Shown piece after piece: positions 48,701 through 60,603 of a stretch of DNA of 64,000 nt; positions within the stretch are counted from its first letter, which is position 1; each line of letters starts with the position of its first letter. A program made the translations under genes and the position numbers. The stretch covers positions 1,116,001 to 1,180,000 of the forward strand of contig JAUFOQ010000004.1 in NCBI GenBank assembly GCA_040285855.1, written 5' to 3'. This stretch comes from Eukaryota sp. GEM-RC1. Its lineage: Eukaryota. The notes under the pieces are model-generated. The model made no database searches and had not been told where the DNA came from. It was given only the letters and a program-made list of their open reading frames with translations.

Positions 48701-51700
48701 ATGATGACTTCCGAATTAAATGTAAACTTGAATTTAACTTCTGATTTAGTTCTCTCAGTTAATGGAGTAATTGAAATACCACAGTTATCTTTCTACTCCG
48801 ATTCAGATGTTTGTTTAACTTTTAATGGAAGTTTTACAATGATCAATACTTCTTTAAGTCTTCGTGTTGAGTCTAATTTTAAATCAATTATTGAAATAGA
48901 TCAAAATTCCAAAATTCAAATTATTTCTTCATCTTCCACTCTTGGGACAGATCTTCCATTGTTTCTGCATTACGATTGGTCAGAAAGTTCTTCTGGAAAT
49001 GATCTTTCTGGTAATAACAATAATGTACTAGAAGTTTCTGGTGCTGAATGGAATTCTGATGGTTATTACCAATTTGAAAGTGACACTGACACTTTTAATA
49101 TTCCGAATATTCCAAGTAGATTTGGTTGGCAATCAGCTACAATTTCATTGTTGATTTGGTTTGACTCCAACAGTGGAAATAGATTTGGTCTTAGTTCATG
49201 TGGATGTGGAATATCACTCGGTGACTCCTTGTATTATGGATGTTCTGGATCCTCAGTCAATATTCCAAGAAACCAATGGATTAACTTGGTTATGACTACT
49301 TCTAACAATCAAGCAAGATTCTATATCAATGGTGAATTAGTTGAAACAATCAATTCTCAGTACAATTGTGAAACTCCATCAGACTTTATTCCATTAGGAA
49401 ATCGATATTTCTATTCTTCTTCAAATGAACAATGGGAACGTTCCACTCATTCTTCTAATGTTTTTAAAGGTAGAATTAAGAAATTGTTTGTACTTACTCG
49501 AGGTCTTACTGAATCAGAAATTACCTCAGAGTTTACCTTAGCTCATTCAATTACTGGACTTGGTTCTATTGAATTAAAGAACTCTGACCTTACTTTGTTA
49601 GATAACTCTTCGATAAGTTTCTCTAAGCTAATACTAGAGTCTTCGATTTTGTATTTGTATAGTTTCACTTACTTAAACAAACAGGGTGTTCATGCTTTCA
49701 ATGAATCGGAAATCATTTTTAACGGAGATTCTGACACTGTTTACTTTGCTCATTCTCATATCCAATTAGACAACTCTACTATCATTCATTCAGCTGTTGA
49801 ATTAAACCTCTACAATCTTACTCTTAGTAATACTGCCTTCCAAATACCTCCAGGTACTAAGAAGTTGTCAATTCATGCTTTGTATCTTGAGCTGAATTCT
49901 GACGTCCATATATCTTCTGCTTTTAGAGTTAACTCCATTGGATACACGGGCAGATGACTTTACTTAATGCATCAGTTGTGCGAAGTCTATTTCTGATCGG
50001 AGATGCGAAAACTTTACACCAGAACTTTTTAACAATTGAAAATGAATTGTATTTTAAGAACTCCCTTACTTTTTCATTTTCTCGTATTATTTTCAATACT
50101 GTTTCTGTTACTTGTTTTCCTGGTTCAGAACTTCTTCTTGATTCACCTTCTTTTGATGAAAGTTTACTTCAAGCAAATATCCTCCTTAATTTAACTTCTA
50201 ATTGTTCTGTTACTTCTTTATTACCAGTTCAAAGTACTGGGATTGTTAGTGTTTCAAATGATTCAGTAATGACTCTTTACAAAGACTTACATACCACTAG
50301 TATGATTGTGATTCTTCCTAAAGGTGAGTTGGTACTGAGGAATAGTAATATTACTCTTGAAGGTTCTGGACCTTACTTACATCCAGGGTTATTTTTGTAT
50401 TATAACTGGGTTATGCCATCTAATCAAATTGATTTGTTGGGAAATCATGATCTCAATGCAATCATAATTGATGGACCAGAGTGGAAAACTGAGGATACGG
50501 GTGGTTACTTAGATATTACACCTGGTAACACTCTCCATATTCCAAATATTCCTGGAGAATTTGGTTGGAGAGGAGCATCTATTTCTCTCTGGATATACTT
50601 TGAAGAAGGAGGAATTGGGTTTGCTTGGGCTAGTCCTTGCAGGTTTTACATAACGACAACCAGTGTCGTTTGGGGTAATGATTGGCGTAGAATTTATTTC
50701 CCGCTTCACAAATGGTTCCACTTGGTCATTACTTTTGATCAATCAAGAGCACGTATTTATGTTGATGGTGATTACGAGGCGGATTTCTCTTCCAGCAATC
50801 CTTATAGATGTACCCATGACCCCCCCCTCTTACTTTCCTCTTTCAGGAATTGAAGGATCAACTGTTCTGTTTAAAGGAAGAATTCATGCAGTTCAAGTGT
50901 TTACCAAGACTTTCACAGTTGACGAGGTTTATGAATTATCTCCTGAAATACCTTTTGGTATCTGGGGTCATGGAAAACTCTCTATAATTGACTCTGAAAC
51001 GATGATCTCTAATGCTATATTTGGGATTGAAATGATCTCTCTAGTTTCGTCAACTGTCTGTGTAGATAATTCTCTAGTTAATGAATTAAAATCAATTGAG
51101 CTCTATTTCAGTGAGCTTTATTATGACGTGATTGATCCTGATGCTAATCTTTTTATCGATTCTATTTTTCTAAAGAATACTTCTTCTATTATTACTAATG
51201 CATCTCTTATTGTAAGTAATTTTCATTGGTTTGATGGAGACTTGTTTTCCCCAGAAATCCTAAAATTGAAAGGTCTATTTCTTTATGGAGAGTCTAAATC
51301 TTGGCCATTAGATTCTCTTGTAATTGAAAATGAGTTGTACTTCTATAATTCTCTTACTTTTTCAATTTCTTCTCTCAGTTTAATTACTACTACATCTACT
51401 TGTTTTCCTGGTTCAGAACTTCTTCTTGATTCACCAACTTTTAGTGAAAGTTTACTGGCAGTGAAAAACCATCTTCACCTGACTTCCAATTGTTCTGTTA
51501 CTTCTTTATTACCAGTTCAAAGTACTGTGTTTATTATTGTTTCCAGTGACTCAGTAATGACTCTTTTCCAAAACTTAAGTACATCTGGCGTGATTGTTAT
51601 CCTTCCTAAAGGCGAGTTAGTTTTGAAGAATAGTACTATTACATTTGAAGAATCTGATTCTTACTTACATTCAGACCTATTTTTGTTTTATTACTGGATT

Positions 51701-54700
51701 AATTCATCTAATCAAATTGACATATCAGCAAATCATGATCACAACGCAATCATAATTGATGGACCAGAGTGGAAAACTGATGATGTCAGTGGTTTTTTCG
51801 ATATCACACCTGGTAACACCCTCCATGTTCCAAATATTCCTGGAGAGTTTGGTTGGAGAGATGCATCTATTTCTCTTTGGATATACTTTGAAGATGGAGG
51901 ATTTGGATTTGGTTGGAGTACTTGTAGGTTTATCATTCAAACTAACTACGTCAATTGGGGTAACGGCTGGCGTAATATTCAATTCCCTCTTAACAAATGG
52001 TTCCACTTGGTCATTACTTTTGATCAATCAGAAGGACGTATTTATGTTGATGGTAATTACCAGGGTGACTTCTCTCCCAATTCTCCTTATAGATGTACTA
52101 ATGGCCCTCCCTCCCACTTTTCTCTTTCAGGAATTGAAGGATCAAGTACTCAGTTTAAAGGAAGAATTCGTGCAGTTCAAGTTTTTACCAAGACTTTAAC
52201 AACTCTTGAGATCAATCTATTAACATTTGATCGTCATGCTCGTATCTGGGGACAAGGAAAACTCTCTATAGTTGACTCTGAAATGACGATCTCTCCAGCA
52301 TACTTTAGAATTGAACTTATCTTTCTAGTTTCGTCAAATATGTACTTAGATAGGTCTGTAACCAACAAATTAAGGTCAATTGAGCTCGCTTTCAGTGATG
52401 TTTATTATGACGTGATGGATCCTGATGCTGAACTTATTATTGATTCTATTTATCTAAAGAATACTTCATCCATTATTACTAGTGCATCTCTAATTGTAAG
52501 TAATTTTCATTGGTTTGACGGTGAGTTGTTTTCTCCTGAAATCCTTACTTTAAAGGGTCTATTTCTTTACGGAGATTCTAAAAATTGGCCATTAGAATCT
52601 TTAATTATTGAAAATGAATTGTATTGCAATAATTCTCTTACTTTTTTAATTTCTCATCTCAGTTTAATTACTGTATCTGCTACTTGTTTTTCGGGTTCAG
52701 AACTTATTATTGATTCCCCTTCTTTTGATAAAAGTTTACTTGAAATCAAGAACCAGCTTCATTTAGCTTCTAACTGTTCTCTTACTTTTCTCTTACCAGT
52801 TCAAAGCAGTGGGCTCATTAGTGTTTCAAATGACTCAGTAATGACTCTTACCAAAGACTTAAGTACAACTAGTGTGATCATTATTCTTCCTAAAGGTGAG
52901 TTAGTACTGAGGAATATTGGTATTACTTTTGAAAATTCTGGACCTTACTTACATCCAGATCTATTTTTGTAATATAACTGGGTTAATTCATTCAATCAAA
53001 TTGACATATCAGGAAATCATGGTCCCAACGCAATCATAATTGATGTAACAGAGTGGAATACTGACGATATATGTGGATATTTTGATATCACTACTGGCGA
53101 CACTCTCCATATTCCAAATATTCCTGGAGAATTTGGTTGGAGACGTGCTTCTATTTCTCTGTGGATATACTTTGAAGAGGGAGGAATTGGGTTTCATTGG
53201 CATAATTCTCCTTGTAGGTTAATCATACGAACTAACCACGTCTCCTGGGGTAGCAGTGGTCGTAGTATTCCCTTCCCTCTTAACAAATGGTTCCACTTGG
53301 TCATTACTTTTGATCAATCAGAAGCACATATTTATGTTGATGGTAATTATCAGGATTCTGTAACTTCAGGTAGTCCTTATAGATGTACTAATGATCCTCC
53401 CTCTTACTTCCCTCTTTCAGAAATTGACGGACCAAGTACTCAGTTTAAAGGAAGAATACGAGCAGTTCAAGTATTTACCAAGACTTTAACAACTTTTGAG
53501 ATCAATTTATTAACGCTTGAACTTCATGCACGTATCTGGGGACCCGGAAAACTCTCTATAGTTGACTCTGAAATGACAATCTCTCCGGCATACTTTAGAG
53601 TTGAACTGATCTCTCTAGTTTCGTCCACTATTTACTTAGATAATCCTGTAACCAACGAATTGAAGTCAATTGAGCTCTCTTTCAGTGAGCTTTATTATGA
53701 CGTGATTGATCCTTATGCTGAACTTACTATTGATTCTATTTATCTAAAGAATACTTCTTCTATTATAACTAATGCATCTCTTATTGTAAGTAACTTTCAT
53801 TGGTTTGATGGGGAGTTGTTTTCTCCTGAAATCCTTACTTTAAAGGGTCTATTTCTATATGGAGAGTCTAAATCTTGGCCTCACGATGCTCTCGTTGTTG
53901 TTGAATGAATCGTATTTCAATAACTCTCTTTCTTTTCAGTTCCTCATCTTGATTTAATCAGTACTGCAGTTACTTGTTTTCCTGGTTCAGTACTTATTCT
54001 TGATTCACCAACTTTTAGTGAAAGTTTACTGGCAGTGAAAACCATCTTCACCTGACTTCCAATTGTTCTGTTACTTCTTTATTACCAGTTCAAAGTACTG
54101 TGTTTATTATTGTTTCCAGTGACTCAGTAATGACTCTTTTCCAAAACTTAAGTACATCTGGCGTGATTGTTATCCTTCCTAAAGGCGAGTTAGTTTTGAA
54201 GAATAGTACTATTACATTTGAAGAATCTGATTCTTACTTACATTCAGACCTATTTTTGTTTTATTACTGGATTAATTCATCTAATCAAATTGACATATCA
54301 GCAAATCATGATCACAACGCAATCATAATTGATGGACCAGAGTGGAAAACTGATGATGTCAGTGGTTTTTTCGATATCACACCTGGTAACACCCTCCATG
54401 TTCCAAATATTCCTGGAGAGTTTGGTTGGAGAGATGCATCTATTTCTCTTTGGATATACTTTGAAGATGGAGGATTTGGATTTGGTTGGAGTACTTGTAG
54501 GTTTATCATTCAAACTAACTACGTCAATTGGGGTAACGGCTGGCGTAATATTCAATTCCCTCTTAACAAATGGTTCCACTTGGTCATTACTTTTGATCAA
54601 TCAGAAGGACGTATTTATGTTGATGGTAATTACCAGGGTGACTTCTCTCCCAATTCTCCTTATAGATGTACTAATGGCCCTCCCTCCCACTTTTCTCTTT

Positions 54701-57700
54701 CAGGAATTGAAGGATCAAGTACTCAGTTTAAAGGAAGAATTCGTGCAGTTCAAGTTTTTACCAAGACTTTAACAACTCTTGAGATCAATCTATTAACATT
54801 TGATCGTCATGCTCGTATCTGGGGACAAGGAAAACTCTCTATAGTTGACTCTGAAATGACGATCTCTCCAGCATACTTTAGAATTGAACTTATCTTTCTA
54901 GTTTCGTCAAATATGTACTTAGATAGGTCTGTAACCAACAAATTAAGGTCAATTGAGCTCGCTTTCAGTGATGTTTATTATGACGTGATGGATCCTGATG
55001 CTGAACTTATTATTGATTCTATTTATCTAAAGAATACTTCATCCATTATTACTAGTGCATCTCTAATTGTAAGTAATTTTCATTGGTTTGACGGTGAGTT
55101 GTTTTCTCCTGAAATCCTTACTTTAAAGGGTCTATTTCTTTACGGAGATTCTAAAAATTGGCCATTAGAATCTTTAATTATTGAAAATGAATTGTATTGC
55201 AATAATTCTCTTACTTTTTTAATTTCTCATCTCAGTTTAATTACTGTATCTGCTACTTGTTTTCGGGTTCAGAACTTATTATTGATTCCCCTTCTTTTGA
55301 TAAAAGTTTACTTGAAATCAAGAACCAGCTTCATTTAGCTTCTAACTGTTCTCTTACTTTTCTCTTACCAGTTCAAAGCAGTGGGCTCATTAGTGTTTCA
55401 AATGACTCAGTAATGACTCTTACCAAAGACTTAAGTACAACTAGTGTGATCATTATTCTTCCTAAAGGTGAGTTAGTACTGAGGAATATTGGTATTACTT
55501 TTGAAAATTCTGGACCTTACTTACATCCAGATCTATTTTTGTAATATAACTGGGTTAATTCATTCAATCAAATTGACATATCAGGAAATCATGGTCCCAA
55601 CGCAATCATAATTGATGTAACAGAGTGGAATACTGACGATATATGTGGATATTTTGATATCACTACTGGTAACACTCTCCATATTCCAAATATTCCTGGA
55701 GAATATGGTTGGAGAGGAGCATCTATTTCCCTTTGGATTTACTTTGAAGAAGGAGGAGTGGGTTTTGGTTGGAGTACTTCTCCTTGTAGGTTTTACATAC
55801 GAACTAACAGAGTCGATTGGGGTAACAGTTGGCGTAATATTCAATTCCCTCTTCACAAATGGTTTTACTTGGTCATTACTTTTGATCAATCAAGAGCACG
55901 TATTTATGTTGATGGTAATTACCAGGATTCTGTAACTTCAGGTAGTCCTTATAGATGTTCTAATGGCCCTCCCTCTCACTTTCCTCTTTCAGGAATTGAA
56001 GGATCAAGTACTCAGTTTAAAGGAAGAATTCGAGCTGTTCAAGTATTTACCAAGACTTTAACAACTCTTGAGATCAATATGTTATCGTTTGATCTCCATG
56101 CTCGTATCTGGGGACAGGGAAAACTCTCTATAGTTGACTCTGAAATGACGATCTCTCTAGCTGTCTTTAGAGTTGAACTGATCTCTCTAGTTTCGTCCAC
56201 TATTTATTGAGATAATTCTCTAACAATTGATTTTGGGTCAATTGAGCTCTATTGCAGTGAGCTTTATTATGACGTGATTGATCCTGATGCTAATCTTTTT
56301 ATTGATTCTATTTATCTAAAGAAAACTTCTTCTATTATTACTAGTGCATCTTTTATTGTAAGTAATTTTCATTGGTTTGACGGTGAGTTGTTTTCTCCTG
56401 AAATCCTTACTTTAAAGGGTCTATTTCTTTACGGAGATTCTAAAAATTGGCCATTAGAATCTTTAATTATTGAAAATGAATTGTATTGCAATAATTCTCT
56501 TACTTTTTAATTTCTCATCTCAGTTTAATTACTGTATCTGCTACTTGTTTTTCGGGTTCAGAACTTATTATTGATTCCCCTTCTTTTGATAAAAGTTTAC
56601 TTGAAATCAAGAACCAGCTTCATTTAGCTTCTAACTGTTCTCTTACTTTTCTCTTACCAGTTCAAAGCAGTGGGCTCATTAGTGTTTCAAATGACTCAGT
56701 AATGACTCTTACCAAAGACTTAAGTACAACTAGTGTGATCATTATTCTTCCTAAAGGTGAGTTAGTACTGAGGAATATCAATATTGCATTTGAAGGTTCT
56801 TACTTACATCCAGATTTATTTTTGTATTATAACTGGGCTATTCTTTCAAGCTTCCCTCAAGCAGAAGTTCGCAATTATACACACGAACAAATCATTTTAC
56901 ACATTCCCTATATTTGTAATATCACTTCCACTGAATTTGACGTTTTTTTAATAATTGGAAATCAGTCTAGTAATTCTTATGAACTCAATTTTGGTCCTCC
57001 AAGAGTTACTGGTATTGAATCGGGATCAATAGTACTGGAGTTTTACGTTAATTATTTTAATTCAAAATTCTACTTTCGAATCCCAATATCAGTAGAAAGA
57101 CCTCCTGTATTTGAACTTTTAAGTCCACATGTTGTTTCAACATCTGCAAATTCTCTAGTTTTCATTCACAGTTACTCATATTTTGACTTGGAACCCTCTT
57201 TTCATTTGATGATTCTGTTATTGAACCTACTCACGTTGAGCTCATCTCCAGTTCTGATTCCTTCTTTGTTTACAGATTTGAACTGAATCTTACTTCCATG
57301 CCAGTTTTTGACGGTCAATATCTCCAAGATCTATGTTGGAGTCAGATAGGGTTCAGAAGACAATTGGTTACTGAAATTAAAATATTTAATTTGGATTTCA
57401 GTAGTAACGATCAGGTAAGTGTTTTTGAACATCGTGATATTTCTGTTCACTTCCGAGGAAATCTTACTTCAAAAGTGACTTGTTCTATTGATGGTCAAAT
57501 CTTCGTTGGAAAAGTTGTTGATAATGTGTTGGTTTGCAAGAGTGTCCGGCTTCCAACATTTCAACAACACGTGCGTGTTGACGTTTACTATGATCAATTT
57601 CTTTTGAATTCTTTTGAACTTTCTGGTGAGGCTTTTTTGGAGGAGATATGCTTTCAAACATTTCATCATCATCCTTTGGTTAATTCTTCTGAAATTATTT

Positions 57701-60057
57701 CAAATCATAAATCAAATCGAATACTTGATGGTTCAAGATGCTGTAGTGTTGATGTTTCCTATTGTTCAGAATTTATCTTCAAGAATGAATTAGTTACATT
57801 CGATTTTCCTTCACTATTTGACATTCATCACGTTATTATCACGTCTAATTCTAGTTGTGAAGACATTGATTCTGGTCTTCCTTTTGACCTGATCGTCAAT
57901 GATCACGCTATTTCACCTTCTATTATTTGTAAGCAAATTCCTAGTGGATATTCATTCGCATCAATGTGTGAAATAGATGCATTTTTTCCAAAAACTTCTG
58001 AGATCTCTCTAGTAGCTCTAGAAGATGTTTACTTACTAGAAGTAGAGTTTTATGGATACAAATCTAATTCTTGTTTTAAACCTTTTCATGGGGAAAAGGT
58101 GTAACTTCATTAGGAGAAGAAATTGATGAAGTTGTTCATTTGAGATTTAATAATCAATCTTTTGATTCAATTTCAGAATTCAAACAATTCGTGGTTGATA
58201 AGTCAACTTTCTGGTCATCGTCATTTCTTACTTTTCCAACTGAGTTGTATTCTTCTTATTGTTATTATTCTACTGTTAGTTATCCAACTGTTTTGCCTGC
58301 TTCATCAGCATCATTTGTAATCTTTCTAGCTGAAGAAGTAGAACTAAATCCTCAATTGTTAAACATTTATATCCCAATTATTTGTGTTGATCCTTTGAAT
58401 TTCATTGTTCACTGTAGTGATATGTTTACAGTAACGACGTCAACATTTGAATTCTTGAATTTTCAATTTTTAAACAATTCATTAATTTTCTCTTTCCTGG
58501 ATTTGATCAAACTAGGAGAACATTCATTATCAATGACTTATGGGCAAAGTCAATTTTACTGGAATGGGATTATTGTTCAAAATTTCAATGAAATATTTGA
58601 AATTAGTGATTTGAGAACTAGTAAGTGTGATCATCATTTTACTTTAGTTAATACGTGTACATCATTGGACTTTGCGTCCACATTAATAACTCAAAATCCT
58701 TTTACTAATCAATCGAAAATAATTTTGATGTCAGATTTAAGTATAGATCTTGAGTTTGATACTTCAGTCCTGCATGTTGTTAATGGATCAACTTTGGAGA
58801 TTATTGGACCTCCACATCAATCAATGACGATTACACTTTCCTATCTGTCCCAATCTACTACTATCGATTTAGTTTCAAATGATTGTCACTTTCCTAAATT
58901 GAATTCTCGACATGGATGTTTATGTCCAAAAGGAATGGAATTTAATTCTCTTGGTGAGTGTGTGGAATGTTCTTTAAATTATTACTCACATTTTGAATTT
59001 AATTCAGAGTGTAGATCTTGTCCTTTTCCTAGAATTACTCTTCAAAAAGGTTCTAGTGATCTTGACCATTGTGTTTGTCCTTTAAACACTCTAGATTCTA
59101 TAGACTCTTGTTTACCTTGTCCTCATTTAGCTGAATGTGGATACGGAAATTTGACTGCAATTGAACCTGGTTTTAGATTAAATACTGATACTTGGGAACT
59201 AGATGAATGTTTGTTTTGGTTCAATTGTTATGATAATTCTTGCAGATCACGTCATGCTTATGGAGATTTGTGTCAATACTGTACTGAAGAAGCTTTTTCC
59301 ACTACAATTTATTGTTTTGGTCAGGAAAATGCTTGGTTAAAGGTGATATTCTTAATTTGTTTCATTTTCATTTTATTTCTTGCTGATAGATTAGTTATAC
59401 AACTATCATTTGTTCAATCAAAGTTCAAGTATATTCGACTGGCAATGTCATCACTTTCTACATTTGGTCAAACGAGATTGTTGAAACGATTTTCCAATTA
59501 CTTTAATCCAGTAAACCTCATCTTTTTTGTTTTGCCTTCGATTTTGTTCCGTAGGGTGTCTATTTGGGTGATTGCTATTGAATTTATATCTTCTTTATTT
59601 CATTTTGATTCTTCAAGAATGTTGTTTGTTATTGTGCTGACTTCGCTGTGTAGACTTTCGAAAGTCGTATTATCAAGATTTTTTAAAATTTACAATTTCC
59701 ATGTGAAACATAGCGCTTTTTTTACTTGGAGCGGTTCTTTTCTCTATCAATTTTCTGTATGGTCAGGGACTTTCTTTTCTTAATCATGAAGGGCCATCAT
59801 TTTGGCAAATTGTATTTTTGAGTTTTCACTTGAGTTTTTTAATTTTTGTGTTGGTAGTACAACGTCATTCTCCTTATTTCTTATCATTAGTGTGCTACTT
59901 TGTAATCATTTTTGCTTCATTATTTGAAAGTTTATATTACTTAATAGTTCAAAATCTAGTGATAGTTATACTGATCAGTTTTTCCACTACTACTATTGAG
60001 GTACTTCTTTTGGAATTTCTCTACTTTTCAGTGTGTCGTATACTTTTAGTTTCTTGA
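45749..60057 (+). pseudogene. Chimeric giant locus 2: CCCH-RRM-RING1-IBR fused in frame to RCC1 repeats, 1 divergent + 5 complete LamG modules, IPT-like region, GCC2/GCC3 Cys repeats and multi-TM C-terminus
   Basis: ORF 46760..49957 runs from RBR into RCC1 (GRNNYGQLG, WGRNWDGTLG, WGDGGNGRLG). Lesions: GA intron donor 45800, TAG 46757, TAA 52970 and 55542, TGA 56208, homopolymer frameshifts. Confidence 0.8.
51424..55669 (+). repeat. Near-identical ~1.67-kb direct repeat (51424..53097 vs 53997..55669, offset ~2573)
   Basis: Identical ORF translations at offset 2573; the differences I saw are homopolymer lengths. Confidence 0.92.
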
Positions 60058-60603
60058 AATTGTAGACTTTAGAGCCTTGTTTATGGCTCATTTATTATTG
60101 ATGTATTTGTACATTCCATTGTCGATCACAGTGTATCACTTTAACGTCCACCATATCATTTCAAGTTGCGACAACACAACAACTTATGTTTTTTGATTGA
60201 TGTTTGGAGATTTCTATGTCTTCTGAATCTTCATTTCTTGAATTCTGGATAACTATATCGATTGATTTTGTTTACAACAATAAACGATTTTATATTATTA
60301 GTCTTTAATGTGTGTAATTGTCAAATGAATGGTTCCTCTTATTTGTTATTTCATAAACACGATTGGAAGAGGACTTCTCGAAAATCGGTTTTCAGTCACT
60401 TACTAATTGCTGCTACTGTCGATTTCCACAAGCTCAAATATTTTTTGCTTGTCAGAGTTGCCTTAACTGGGATTTAGCTATGATTTATGATATCAGCACG
60501 ACTCTATTATAACAATCAGTTCACTCAAAATTATCTGTCAGATGAGGTTCCATGAATATGGAGATTCAAAAATGCTACAGATTCATTTGAATAAGTGCTG
60601 TGA

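Noticed and set aside
28440..53290. Diversity-generating retroelement (TR/VR) explanation for the LamG hypervariable segment
   Set aside because: Substitutions are not adenine-specific, and no DGR-type reverse transcriptase or invariant template repeat is visible
46757..56210. Stop-codon reassignment (TAG/TAA read as Tyr) suggested by stops aligned to Tyr
   Set aside because: Other in-frame stops align to Leu, Gly and Ser; long conserved ORFs have no internal TAR; PSAT and RPABC4 end in TAA at their normal C-termini
50820..56510. Programmed ribosomal frameshifting in the giant genes
   Set aside because: Near-identical repeat copies differ in homopolymer length at these sites (e.g. 54038, 55260, 56505), which fits sequencing indels or neutral decay
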